Assembly (NCBI GenBank): GCA_964016885.1
Contig: OZ024751.1
Location: 3,534,001-3,598,000, forward strand
Direction: 5' to 3'
DNA from: Eledone cirrhosa
Taxonomy: Eukaryota
DNA length: 64,000 bases
A program made the translations under genes and the position numbers. Below are positions 1-13,576 of this stretch, one piece after another (position 1 is the first letter of the stretch; every line of letters starts with the position of its first letter). The notes under the pieces were generated by a model that was not told the DNA's origin, made no database searches, and was given only the letters and a program-made list of their open reading frames with translations.

Positions 1-56
1 CTTATATATATGTATACATATATAACAGGAATAACCATTAACACTGGGTGAAGGCC

Positions 57-91
<35 letters not shown>

Positions 92-99
<8 letters not shown>

Positions 100-521
100 T
101 AAGAGGAATTCCAACTTTGTCTGATTTACTCGTTTTATTTACAATCCTTTAAAATTTATAATGGTATTATAATGAAATAGTATGATAGAATATTAAATTC
201 TAAGTGTTAATTGAACAAGTACTTTCATGCTTTCGCAATCTTCAGGTTCATAATATGTGGTGACAGTCAAGTTTGCAATTTTCAACACAGTTGAAAATTG
301 CAAACTTGACTGTCACCACATATTATGAACCTGAAGATTGCGAAAGCATGAAAGTACTTGTTCAATTAACACTTAGAATTTAATATTCTATCATACTATT
401 TCATTATAATACCATTATAAATTTTAAAGGATTGTAAATAAAACGAGTAAATCAGACAAAGTTGGAATTCCTCTTATTAATATAATCTTCTATACACAAT
501 CATACACACCCGTGTATATTT
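92..521. repeat. Fold-back palindrome (~195-bp arms, 3-nt loop at 287-289) from an HHR-bearing pseudo-LTR, inserted in (TA)n
   Basis: 92-286 is the reverse complement of 290-484; the right arm extends to ~521; flanked by (TA)n; one HHR per arm. Confidence 0.9.
326..364 (+). ncRNA. Minimal type-I hammerhead ribozyme (mirror copy 212-250 minus; third copy 7220-7258 minus)
   Basis: tgaac-CTGAAGA-ttgc gaaa gcat-GAAA-gtac-TT-gttca: stem I tgaac/gttca, GAAA-tetraloop stem II, palindromic AGTACT stem III. Confidence 0.8.
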
Positions 522-530
522 ACCTATCTA

Positions 531-575
<45 letters not shown>

Positions 576-1441
576 GATGAAATGGCAACACAAATACAGG
601 GATACAAAAACACACTTATTACGAATCTGCTTAGGAGGAAGTAATATATTCAAAAAAGTGGGATGCACAGGACAAAAACAGTGAAAAAACAAAACAAGGA
701 CAAAAACAGACAGTCATATCTCCTCAGTCAACCTCTGGAAATCACTACAATTTCGGTGCATTAAGGTTAATTCTTCTCATTGGAGTGCACATTTGGGACG
801 TAAGACGACAGAACGTAAGAAGACAGGACGAATTATGCCACTTGACGAATTACACAAATATAGGTGAAAAAGTATCTCAAGGGCATCAACTGACAAATAA
901 GGGAGAGGACTGTGTGCGAGGGCGTAGCCAAAAGAGTAAAACGTATAGAAAGGAGAGAAATAGAAAAACAGAAATGAATAATATGGACTGCAGTCGAAGG
1001 TGCAGACAAAGAAGAATGACACTGTGACGTAGAAAGTTGAATAGGGGAAACATAGCCTGAGATGTGTGATATCTATTATATGATAGAAAAAGAAGTCAGT
1101 GTTGCAACATCCTTATTGGTATATTACAATTGTTTTGATATCGATCAGCTCAGAGTACAATCAGAATGGTAGGGTCCGTTTCTTTTTCTACATCTCATCA
1201 GATGACGTAAAGTCGAAAAAGAGTCCACCCTGGTAGACTATTTTCTGTACTCAAAATATGGTGAAAGCTTCTAATTTTATTTTCAACATTTTCAATCGCC
1301 ACCCTTTTAAAAAACAGACATGCTTATTTTTACACATACACACGAAAAAGATACGCCGTTTACCAAGATCTTTCATGTCGTGGACAGAAACCTATTAAAA
1401 GCCCACTCTAAATAACGTAGACTTGTGTCTCAACATATTTT

Positions 1442-1550
<109 letters not shown>

Positions 1551-1819
1551 TGGAATTGATATTTATTCCTTTCGATACCTAGTCCCCTGAACGGCCCTCG
1601 GCTCCTCGCAATCAGCTCTACCCACTTTTTCTCCTCTCCAGAAGTACTCTATCACATGTTTTCAATTAGGGTTAATTGCTTTATATTCATCTAAAAATCT
1701 TCCATCTTAGCGTTGTTAAGTTACGTTCCAAACACCAACATGATAATATGAAAGTTAATAATTCCCCCAATACACTTGACTACTTTAATAATTCATTTGA
1801 AAATCATAGGCAAAGTCGT

Positions 1820-2200
1820 TCGTTAGAAATATATATATATTAAGGAAAGGGTTAAATAGGGCATGCTTTACTTTTGGAGACCCTAAGCAGTGTCCTTCCT
1901 TAGAAATACATATATGGTAAGGAAAGGGTTAAATAAGTCATGCTTTTCTAACGTGGGCTCTAGGCAGTGTCGTTCATTAGAAATATAAGGAAAAGGTTAA
2001 TTAAGGCATGCTTTACTAACCTGGATCCTAGACTAATGTATATATGGAATATATCGTGAAAATACAGTTTAATAGAATTATTGATAATTTTTAATAACAC
2101 CTGTCTCGGTGTCTATAATTTTGAAACTAGTTATTCGATAAGGCAACGCCCTTCCTTAGAAATAGGGTTAGATGAGGCATGCGTTACTAACCTGGACCCG
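1820..2200. repeat. Degenerate ~77-bp tandem repeat containing copies of the homeobox exon splice donor
   Basis: ttagaaat...gggtta...catgc units start at ~1823, 1900, 1977 and 2156; the last overlaps the real exon end. Confidence 0.7.
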
Positions 2201-2538
2201 TGCTTCAGTGAGATCACATCGCAGCGCTAACTGTTCTCTGGCATAAACATCAGGATAATGGGTCTTCTGAAAGATACGTTCTAATTCATCGAGTTGAAAA
2301 CTTGTAAATGTTGTCCTATTACGTCTCTTCTTCCTCTTCAAATCACATCTCTCTGCTGCCTTTAAGTTGTCCGTTAAATTTATACTCTCCTGACTCTCAG
2401 ATCGATGGTTATTGAATTCGAACACTTTGTTCAAAGAGGAAGATTTTAACTCCAAAATGTTGTTCTCAGATTTTAAGTTCAATCCTTTCTTGCACAGTTT
2501 GTTGTTGATGTTGGTTTTACTGTTGTCATCTTCCATCG
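2192..2538 (-). CDS. alx: Coding exon of a PRD-class homeobox gene, Alx/Cart1 family (homeodomain up to residue 46)
   Basis: [47 protein letters not shown] closely matches the ALX1/ALX4-type homeodomain; acceptor tttacag| before 2538; donor CAG|GTTAGT after 2192 at the canonical PRD-class intron position (codon 46/47). Other exons not identified. Confidence 0.88.
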
Positions 2539-2573
2539 CTGTAAATTATAAATGTATTTATTGTTAGGTTGAC

Positions 2574-2778
2574 TAGCCCTTTAGCATTTAAACTGGCCAC
2601 ATCCGGCCAGAATTCTCACCTCTTTCTGTTCAAACGAGCCATAACGAGCTGCTCATATTCTTGTTAAAGTATTCTTCTCAAAATAAACATCAAAATCTCA
2701 TAGACTCGATATTATGTGAGATAATTATGTGTAATTAAGTGTTTAGCGAAAATACAATAGTAAATACTAAAAGGTTAA
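2574..2778. mobile_element. Short non-autonomous TIR element (piggyBac-like MITE)
   Basis: Imperfect termini ccctttagcattta ... taaatactaaaagg followed by ttaa. Confidence 0.5.
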
Positions 2779-2871
2779 GATGCATTGGCACATGTGAAAT
2801 GTATACTTCTCAATGTAAATTGATTATAATAAAAGTCAATGGCTATGAAAATAGTTCATTATATCAAGTAT

Positions 2872-2950
2872 GAAGGCACGTGCCTCAGTGGTTAGAGAAT
2901 TGGATTCGCAATCGTGACGATGTGAGTTCGATTCCTGGACCAGGCGATAC
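2872..2950 (+). mobile_element. tRNA-derived SINE head
   Basis: A-box-like tgcctcagtgg and B-box gagttcgattcc; no proper cloverleaf. Confidence 0.6.
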
Positions 2951-3159
2951 ATTACTTCATTTTATTTCACATTATTCCTTCTGCCAGGATTTGCGACTGG
3001 CATATAGTATTAGCAATTAGAAGTACCAATGGAAAAGATCGTTTCCATGGTCCGATTTGACGAGTTCAACGGCAATCGGTTAGCAAATGAGGTCTTGGAA
3101 CTTGTCGATTTTTGTCCATAAATTATATCACTGATCATTTTCATACCAAAAATATGTGT

Positions 3160-3192
3160 GAAGCGCAGCAAGGCCCGGGTAATTCGGCTAGT
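3160..3192 (+). mobile_element. Helitron-type 3' terminus of a non-autonomous element
   Basis: GC-rich gcgcagcaaggcccgggt followed ~10 nt later by CTAG|T. Confidence 0.45.
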
Positions 3193-3369
3193 ATAAATAT
3201 ATATGAACGGTCAGTTAGGCTTTAAAGCTGTGTAGCTTGGTACTGACTTTGGTAGAGAGAAATAAAAAATACCTCTGTATACAGTCCAGGATATCTTGAT
3301 ATTTATATAAATATGTATATATATATATATATGATATATATATATGTGTATTGACATATATATGATATA

Positions 3370-3402
<33 letters not shown>

Positions 3403-3420
3403 GTGTGTGATATATATATA

Positions 3421-3505
3421 ACCGTCAGGTCACCAGTTGGTGCTACTGGTAACATGTATCCCAGTGCAACCTGTATCATGGTCGGGTCGTTGGCGACTAA
3501 ACTGG
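3421..3505 (+). ncRNA. HDV-like self-cleaving ribozyme at the RTE 5' end (P3 degenerate)
   Basis: P1 accgt(3421-25)/atggt(3478-82); J1/2 hairpin accagt/actggt; P2 ccagt(3461-65)/actgg(3501-05); L3 CC/GG P1.1; P4 tcg-ttgg-cga; J4/2 CTAA. Confidence 0.7.
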
Positions 3506-3879
3506 CAACCCCACCAAGGTTTCTTGGTGAGGAGGGTGACTTTGGACATCCTGCAGGACTAAAAACAAAACCTGTCAAAGGGTGAATGAACTCTTAAGAG
3601 TCAATGGCCATCCAAAATCACCGGGAGAGATGACCCCTTAGCCTTTGTCAAGGCAGAATTCTAGGAGAAGGAAAACTCTGATATAACACCTGCAACCCAT
3701 CGGTTTGCAGTTCTACCAGAGACTACTCCACTTACTGTCTCTTTACTAAATGTCAGTGGTTGGGCTTCAGGTTAGCGACCTGTTCTCGGAAAAACTCTCC
3801 TGCTACGAAAACAATTCATAGTGCATCAGATTTAAATTCCAAGCAGTCAGGAGAACGGTTGTCTGTAACCGGAGATTGT

Positions 3880-6856
3880 ATGACGGGTGTCGGCGAAAGT
3901 CTCAATGAGGAAGCCGACATCCTGAGGACCAGAATTCTGTCTGCAAAAACAACCACACGTATTGGATATTGGAACATAAGAACTATGTACCAACCATCCA
4001 AAATTGCGCAAGTTATCGGAGAAATGGAGGCCTACAAAATTAACATCCTGGGCCTCAGCGGGGTCCGCTGGACTGACTCTGGGAAGTTTGTCCATGAAAA
4101 CAAGACCATCCTGTTCTCAAGCCGTCAGAACGGGACCCACCGAGATGGAATTGCAATCATCATGGACAGGGCTGCCAGTGGTGCCCTTGAGGAGTGGTCT
4201 CCTATCAACGAACGCCTAATGACAGCAAGATTCACCACATCACATTCAAAAGTCACCATAGCTCAGTGCTATGCTCCAACCAACGAACATAACGATGATG
4301 ACAAGGACGCTTTCTACCAGCAACTACAAGATGTTGTAAACAAAACCCCACGTCATGTCATCCTGATCATCATGGGAGACATGAACGCACAGATCGGGGG
4401 AAGCAAGGTTGGCTTTCAACATGTCCTTGGCCCCCATGCTTATGGAAACCGCACGGACAACGGGGACAGGTTTGTCCAGTTCTGTGCCATGAACAATATG
4501 AAAATCGGCTCGTCACTATTTGACCACAAGAACATCCACAAGGTCACATGGGCTTCGAACGACCACAGGACCAAGACGCAAATAGACCACATTGCGATTG
4601 GCCCAAGTTGGAGAGCTCCTTGCCTGCAGGACGTCCGAGTCTACCGGGGCGCAGATGTCTGCAGTGACCACTATCTGTCTGTTACCAAACTTAAAATCAG
4701 ACTGAGGAAGCAGAAGAAGAGAGCACTCACTACAAGGCGTTTTGACACTACCAAGCTGAAGAACGGTGACACAGAGCACAGTTCGAGGCTGCTTTGAGGA
4801 ACAGATTTGCTGTCCTTGAGGAGTCTGCACCAGGCTCGGTCAATTGGTGGGAGGAAATGAAGAAGACCATGGAAGCTGCAGGGGAAGAAATCCTGGGCTA
4901 CAGGAAGTCCCTCAGAGAAGCTTGGGTCAGCGACAACACCTGGCAGCTGATTAATGAAAGGAAAGCCCTACACCAGCAGAGGCATGCCACTACCCCAGAG
5001 GCCATCATGGTATATCAGCAGTATGTCGACAAGGACAAGGAGGTGAAACGCAGCGCCCAAAAGGACAAACGAATGTGGCTTGAGGGTAAGGCAGAGGAGG
5101 CGGAAGCAGCTGCGGCACGCAATGACATGCGCTCTGTATACCAAATTGCCAAGAAAATCACCGGTAGCTCTAGAGCTAACTCAGGCCCAGTGAAAGCGAA
5201 ATATGGTACGCTGCTTTCCAAGGGTGAAGAAAGGTTAGTCAGATGGGCTGAACATTTCAAGGAAGTCCTCAACCGACCGGAGCCACGTGTGCCAGCAGAC
5301 ACTAAGGAACCTACTAGTTTGTTGCCTATCAATACTGATGACTTCACCGAGAAGGAAGTCCGCATGGCCATCAAAACCCTTAAGAATAACAAGTCACCAG
5401 GTATGGATGGCATTTCTGCTAAAATGCTGAAGTCAGGAGGCGAAAGCATGGTCAAGTGGATGGGCCACTTATGTAATCTTGTGTGGAACACGGGTGAAGT
5501 CCCAGAAGATTAGAGAAACGGAGCGGTTGTCTGTATCCCCAAGAAGGGCAACCTTGCCGATTGTGACAACTGGAGGGGGAGTGACACTTCTCTCCATACC
5601 AGGGAAGGTCTATTGTCTGATGATCCTGAACCGCATACTTGGCATGGTAGACCGGGAACTGCGAGAACAACAGGCAGGGTTCCGACCAAAACGTTCCTGT
5701 GCAGAGCAAATCTTTACGTTACGCCACATCATTGAGAGGTACAACGAATTCCAGAGGCCCCTCGCCGTCAGCTTCATCGATTTCTCCAAAGCATTCGATA
5801 GCATTCATCGGCCGTCACTCTGGAGCATCATGCATGAGTATGGTCTGCCCCAGAAAGTCATTTCGGCAATCAAACATGTTTACGCAAACTCCAAGTGCTG
5901 CATACGGACAGAGGATGGTTACAGTGACTGGTTTGAGGTGATTACTGGTGTGAGTCAAGGTTGCTCGCTCTCTCCAATTCTCTTTGCCATAGCCATTGAC
6001 TGGGTACTAAGAAGAGCGTCTAAAGACCAGGGTATATCTTGGGGGGGGAGAGCAAAAGTTGTCTGACCTGGACTTTGCGAACGATATTGTTGCACTTGCA
6101 GAGAGCACAGCTGACCTGCAAATCATTATGAACAATATCAATGTCGAAGCAGGAAGCTTAGGTCTCAATATCAGTGCTAAGAAGACAAAAAGCATGTTAT
6201 CTGGGACACACCCATCATCAACTAGTGTTTTCATTGAAAAGGGGGAGATGGAGATAGTGGACAACTTCACCTACCTAGGAAGCTTCATTGACAATGGGGG
6301 CGCCATGGACAGTGAATTGCAATGTAGAATGGGAAAGGCTTCAGCAGCATTTAACCAGCTTGTCAAGATCTGGAAGAGCAGGAAGTTCACCCTCAAAACA
6401 AAGATGAGATTCTACAACAGCAACGTGCTGTCCACACTCTTGTACGGAAGTGAAACATGGCACCTTAAGACCAGCCAAGAGAAGAAGTTGGACGCATTCG
6501 ATTCCAGGTGTCTGCGAAAGATCCTGGGGATTAAATGGAGTGACCATGTAACAAACCAGGAAGTCAGGAACCGCACCAACCAGCAGCTAGTCTCTTCTGC
6601 CATCTGCAAGCGACGCCTGGGCTGGTTTGGGCACGCTTTGAGACTTCCCCCGGAGAGACTGGCGAACCAAGTACTTAAATGGAACCTACAGGGAAGCAGA
6701 CGGAGAGGGCGACCCAAAATGAACTGGCGCCAGACAGTTGAGAGGGACCTGCGAGCGACAAACAGACAATGGCGGGACGCTGTGCAACTGCCTGCTGACC
6801 GAACGCGGTGGAACACTATGATTGCCTCATGCGTCGCAAGACGCGAGAGCTTCTGA
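3880..6856 (+). pseudogene. RTE APE-RT ORF broken by frameshifts and a stop
   Basis: Consecutive ORF pieces 3760-4797, 4794-5513, 5479-6066, 6059-6856. Confidence 0.88.
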
Positions 6857-6907
6857 GTCTGAGTCTGAGAGATATATATATATATGTGTATTGACATATA
6901 TATGATT

Positions 6908-7289
<382 letters not shown>

Positions 7290-7295
7290 TATATA

Positions 7296-8150
7296 CAGTG
7301 CCCCGCAAAAGTTTACAACACATTAGGAAAAATGCAGTTTTAGGTATTTTTAATAAAGTTAGGGTAATGAAAATTTAACTACTGATAGAACATATAATGA
7401 GGCATTTAATGATACAATCATATTTTTTAAAAAATAACAAGGAAATAACACATGAAGAAAAATCAATATTTTTATAACGCAAAAGTTTACAACACATTTT
7501 ATATTTATCGCTTTTTTTCAAGAAAATTCTTAAATTTTCAGATTTAAAATTCAGTAGAATGTTCTAGATTAGGTTTAAGGTAACTTCTAAGGACAATTAA
7601 AAACATTACATCATTATTTGTCTGACAACCATCCTGTAAACATTGACAACCGTCCTGTAAACATGGACAATATGGGGGAAAATAAACTGATTGATCAAGA
7701 CCTCTGTAAACGCATTGTAGACCTTCATACAAATGGTGTTGGTTATAGAAAGATATCTTGTCAGTTAAATGTGCCATTGAGTTCAGTTGGTACAATAATT
7801 CGTCACTGGAAATCTCATCATTCCATCTGTCCTCTAATTAGTTCTGATTGTCCTAGAAAGATAACGGAACGTGCAGCTCAGTTATTGACGAGAAAGGTTG
7901 GCAACGAACCCCGGTGTACTCTTAAAAATCTTCAGGATGACCTAGAAGAAAGTGGAGTAAAAGTGAGCACAGATACAATTAGTCGTTCACTTCGTCGATA
8001 TAATATCTTCTCGAGGTCTCCAAGGAAAACACCATTTCTTACGAGGAAACACGTTCTTCGTCGATTAAACTTTGCAAATGAGCATCTCATCAAACCTGCG
8101 TCATTTTGGGAAGATGTACTTTAGTCGGACGAAACAAAAATTGAACATTT
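7296..8150 (+). mobile_element. Tc1-family DNA transposon, left half (IR/DR-type TIR plus truncated transposase)
   Basis: TA|CAGTG start; repeat aaaagtttacaacac at ~7307 and ~7481; HTH region and (W>stop)SDETKIE first-D motif; truncated there. Confidence 0.88.
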
Positions 8151-8789
8151 TGTTTCGTCCGACAGGGACCCGCATCTTAGCAGAGGTGAATATATTGGGG
8201 GTCAGTGTGTTACAATGTTTAGACTTATAGGATGAAGTTAAAAAATTAATAATCAATATTCAATATTAAAGAGGTTAGAAAATTTAAAGTTAAACAGTTT
8301 AACATTTTCAGGTTGATATATCTAATAGTTCCGATTTGATCTGTAATTTAAAGGTACTATGTGGCGGTTAAAACACCGGCCGCGCTCCGGGCCCCAGGGC
8401 GAATTAAGCTACGCCGAGTATTTTCATTTACCGAAAGAAGGGGAAATTTATTTTTCCAAGCATCCAGGCAAGCCCGTGCGCCAGGGGGCTGGTCGCGCCG
8501 CCATTAAAACCCACCCAACAGTCCGACAGAAAGTTGGAACTTTAAAATATTGCTTAACTTTATAGGATGAAGTTGAAAGAATTCAGAATAACATTATAAA
8601 ATTAAAGAGTAAGAAGATTGAGAATTGAACAAACAGAAAATTGAAGATTAAACATTTAAAAAACTTCTATGAGGTTTTGGGTTGCGGGGTTTAATTAAAG
8701 AGAGTCTTTTATGAAGAAACGTTAATTGTATTATGTAGATCTGTAATGTATCCTAGTGGGATGTAGAGTACGGGATATAGTCGTGTAAT

Positions 8790-9512
8790 ATTTATTTTTG
8801 TTCTCAGGGGGAGACATTCTAGTGTCGTGTGCTAATGGGTACAAGTGAGCAAAAGTCCCAATGTTAAGAGTAGAAATACATGGATACATAGAAGTGGAAT
8901 ACGTGGAAGAGCACATTGGTAAAGTAAAGGTATAAATATATAAACATATCAATATATAGGTATAAATATGTAAATAAACCAACAAGAGTGGTGTTGGAGT
9001 AAGATGGAGAAATCAAGACATAGGAGAATTACAATATAGTTCAGGTTGCAGTATTTATGTTCCCGGGGGGAGACAATCCTGTGTCGTGTGCTAAGGGTAC
9101 ACGCGAGTAAAAGTCCGAATAAGGCAAGTAAAAAGTACATGGATGTATAGAGGTAGAGTACGTGGAAAAGCATTAATACAGCAAATAAAATTGTAAAGAT
9201 ATAAATAAACAAACAAGAGTCGTTGTCTAGTAAATGGAGAGTTCAAGACACAGGAGAAATACAATATAGTTCAGGTTGCAGTATTTATGTTCCCAGGGGG
9301 AGATATTCCAGTGTCGTGTGCTAAGGGTATACGCGAGTAAAAGTCCGAATAAGGGAAGTAAAAAGTACATGGATGTATAGAGGTAGAATACGTGGAAAGG
9401 CATTAATACAGCAAATAAAGATGTAAAGATATAAATAAACAAACAAGAGTCGTTGTCTATTAAATGGAGAGTTCAAGACACAGGAGAAATACAATATAGT
9501 TCAAGTTGCAGT
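8790..9512. repeat. ~230-bp tandem repeat, about 3 copies, in an unclassified element
   Basis: tcaagaca...acaatatagttca recurs at ~9013, 9243 and 9473; gtgtcgtgtgctaa in each unit. Confidence 0.85.
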
Positions 9513-10017
9513 CAGATAATGCATATACATGTGGAAATGGAATCAGTGTGTGTTCGAGTCTGGGAATTCAGTGTGAGTTATACATGCCCAGAAGTATAGG
9601 GTAGCGAATTTAGTTAATACAGTGCAGTACAATACTTGTTATGGTCTAATCCGTAGAGTTTCGTCGAAGTCCGAATATGCTGAGAGGGAAGTAGCAATGG
9701 GCCAGGCGAAAACACCGAGTAGCCAAAGTCCGAATGGTGGTTAGATATATTCAGTCCCATGCCGCTGTTCATTATTACATTTTGAAGTGCTCAACATGTC
9801 AGGAGCATTATTTATTATCATAGTATAATAAACCTTTCAAGGATTTACACAAATCCAGCCTCCTGTCATTTCATTATAATATTTAACTCCGTAATAGCAC
9901 CACCAACTACAAAAACAAAGACGGTTGAACTGCTTTACGTTGAGTACTCTCTATATTATTACATTACGATTGACCATACGGAATAGACCAGCTCTATACA
10001 GTGGTGAACCTCAAACC

Positions 10018-10084
<67 letters not shown>

Positions 10085-10091
<7 letters not shown>

Positions 10092-10550
10092 TAAACGGAA
10101 TAGAAAATGCTGACAAATTGTTCACAGTTGAAAAATGGTTTAATTAGGAATAAAAGAGTATTAGTGATTGTATGGGTTAGTATTCAGTTGTGGTTTTAAG
10201 TTTTTAAGTTTTTACCGGTTGCGCATTTCTAAATGCTTTTCAAAAATAATTTTGAGATAGAGTGTCCGTGCTGTTTGCTCTGATCTGATTAGTTTTGGGA
10301 ATTCTACCTGTTTTTATGTTAAAAAAGTGGCTCCAATTTGCAAAAATTCTTGTGGTCAAAACAATTTTGATTGGTCGGTAGAGGTCATGTGAATGTAAAA
10401 AATTGATTTTGCGCCAAGACTGTTTTTATGTTAAAAAAGTGGCTCCAGCAAAAATTCTTGTGGTCAAAACAATTTTGATTGGTCGGTAGAGGTCATGTGA
10501 ATAGAAAATTGGTTTTGCGCCAAGATTGAGAAATGACTCTTTCACAAAAA

Positions 10551-10588
<38 letters not shown>

Positions 10589-10666
10589 TAGTAGTAGTAG
10601 TAGTAGTAAGGTGTTCGATGTTGTGATAATGGTTAGCAGCGATGTGTGTCAAATGGATATTAAGAT

Positions 10667-10732
<66 letters not shown>

Positions 10733-13531
10733 CAGAGTAATTCGTGGTGGCAGGGATGGTCAGTAAGAATGTGTCTGAAAGCAATGGGGGGTATTTTAGC
10801 ATGTCAAAACACAGGAGACCACTTAACATCAGCAGACAACCCCTCTACCCCAACCATTTTTTAGACACAGCACACAGATACAGGCAAACAAAATAACACA
10901 AAACAGGGAGGAGAAACCAATAGTAATAAAAATTATCAATCTTACTAGTGCAGAACCAACACCCAACCTTATCAACTTACTCTCCAAAGGTCTTAAATTC
11001 ACACCGACACCACTACGTCCTAACTACTATGAAATGAAGGAAGACATCACAGACTTCCGTAGAAAGTTACGACTTAGTGAACCAGTAAGTTACGACTTCG
11101 ACCAGTACAATGAGGATGAATCATTAGCCAGAAATAGAAGCAATTACACCCCTTCAAAAGGTAGAAATAAAATCCTGGACGAATTCTGTGAACACATCAC
11201 AAACTTCCCTTACCAACACTTGCACAGACAAAAACGCAAGCCAAACCTCAGCAAGAAAGATGGGAAGAATTAAATAGATTAAATAGATTAAAAACCGACA
11301 GAACCATTACAATTAAAGAGACTGATAAAGGGAGTACAGTAGTCCTAATGGAGACAGAATTCTATATCAACTTAGCGCTCTCCACTTGGGAAAACGAAAC
11401 ATACTACGAAAAGGCTGAACACTACAATCAACAGAAAATTATGAGAAACCTAAAAACTCTAATCAACCAATACAAAGAAGGACTCACTAACAAGGAATTC
11501 AGCTTCATCACAGACTTCACAAGTAAATCCAGCCTTTTTTACGGTATCCCTAAAGTACATAAAAGCGAATCAATAAGTAAGGCATGCAAGGAAGCCACAG
11601 ACATAGTCATCAATGTCCCCTCACCCAATGATCTCAAATTAAGACCTATAATAGCAGGCCCCGCTTGCGAAACGCACCGTCTTAGCAACTTCATTGATAC
11701 CCTTCTCAAACCCTTCCTCAAGCACATCAAAAGCTATATAAGGGACGACCTAGATATGCTCAATCACCTCCCTAATATGCCACTTTCTGAACAAACCCTA
11801 CTAGTGACGTTCGATGTAGTCAACCTATACTCCAACATCCCCCACAACCTAGGAATAGAAGCTATCCAATTCTGGCTGGATAATTTCCACAATGAACTCC
11901 CACAACGCATCAAAAAAGAATTCGTGATAGAGGGACTCAAATTTATCTTGGAGAACAATTACTTCGTTTTCAATAACAAACCCTACAGGCAGAAATCTGG
12001 GACCGCTATGGGAACGAAAACAGCCCCCACTTATGCCAACCTAGTCATGGGATACCTGGAAATCACCCTCTACACTAAAGTCCTAAACAAATTTGGAAAC
12101 ACCCTCCACTTACACATTAAAAGGTACTGGAAGCGATATCTAGATGACTGCTTCATCCTTTGGCACGAAAACATCGAAAAACTTAAAGAGTTTCACACCC
12201 TTATAAATGGGCTCAACACAAATATTAACTTCACGATGGAATACAGCCATCAACAACTCCCCTTCCTCGACATCCTCATTAAGATCCATAACAAAAAAAT
12301 AGAAACAGACATATACTACAAGCCCACAGACTCCAAGCAATATCTCCCCTTCAACTCTTGCCACCCTAGACACGTTAAAATTAATATTCCCTACAACTTA
12401 GCCAAGAGAATCTGTACTATAGTCTCCAATAAAAACACCTGCTACTTACGGCTACAAGAACTAAAGGACACACTGATAGGCAGGGACTACCCTGCATCAC
12501 TAATTGACAATGGAATCCAACGTACCCTAAAACTCAGTACCCAGGAGCTTAGACACCCTAAAGTAAATCAACCAAAACTAAAAGCTCTTCCATACATCTC
12601 CACACACAACCCCCTCAACAATGAGGCCTTTGACACCATCCTCCAGAACATCCCTGTATTGAAAAAGGACCATAGAATGAACCAAATTCTACGAACACAC
12701 GACATCATAAAGAGCAAAAGACAATCCAAGTCAATGAAAAACATCTTAACACATGCCAAAGTACTGCCAACCACAACAACGAAACCCACAGTAAAACAAA
12801 TGCGATAGACCCAACTGTGGCATTTGCATCAACCTAATAGAGGGTTCGGAATTCGATTTCAAAGATGGACAACGTTTTATAGTAAAACACAATTTCACAT
12901 GTGCATCGGAAAATCTAATATATGTATTAACTTGTTCAGGTTGTCGAGAACAATACATAGGCCAGACCAAAAACAGCCTCCGCCAACGCATGACTGTCCA
13001 TAGATCCCAAATCAAAATACGGGAATACAGGAAAATACCACTGAGTGAACACATTGATACCTGTGCCGCCCAAAATCATCCCAACTTCAGAATCTTTCCC
13101 CTCTACAAATTTAAAGATAATGCCACCCACACCCAGCGCATCAGCAAGGAATCTTACTTCATTAACAAATACGGACCCCGTCTAAACACTTCTCCCTAAG
13201 ACGAACCCACAACATACACACGTCAACATACATACCTACATCAGCACACATCTCTACCCACATATAAACACAATGACATACGTAAACACACATGCTCTAT
13301 GGTGCAACACAAGAAATTATATGTGCACATATATATATGTATATATATGTATATGTGTATATGTGTATATATATATATATATAGTGAATGTATGTATGTG
13401 TATATATATATAGTGAATATCATTTCACACCTTTTATTGTTAAGATTTTTGATGTTCTATTAAGAGAACCGATTTTACTGAAAAAATCGAATAATGTACA
13501 CCATTTTACCAGGGGGGAAAAAAATACTAAT

Positions 13532-13576
<45 letters not shown>

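Larger units (their letters stand above)
3421..6870 (+). mobile_element. Full-length RTE-clade non-LTR retrotransposon (APE + RT), mutated
   Basis: APE motifs (YWNIRT, QCYAPT, MGDMNA, SDHYL); RT motifs (QQAGFRPKRS, FIDFSKAFDS, GVSQGCSLSP, DFAND); (TCTGAG)3 tail; long flank duplication gtgtattgacatatatatgat at ~3345 and ~6885. Confidence 0.93.

Noticed and set aside
1120-1210. HHR at minus-strand CTGATGA (~1195-1201)
   Set aside because: Core 2 reads AAAA and stem I is not supported; at most a decayed relic
2168-2191. ORF tail VSNACLI as protein C-terminus
   Set aside because: Lies after the canonical donor; intron read-through
2872-2950. tRNA gene
   Set aside because: A/B boxes only; arms do not fold into a cloverleaf, so called a SINE head
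8355-8545. Twister or HDV ribozyme in the GC-rich island
   Set aside because: Could not place the required pseudoknots by eye
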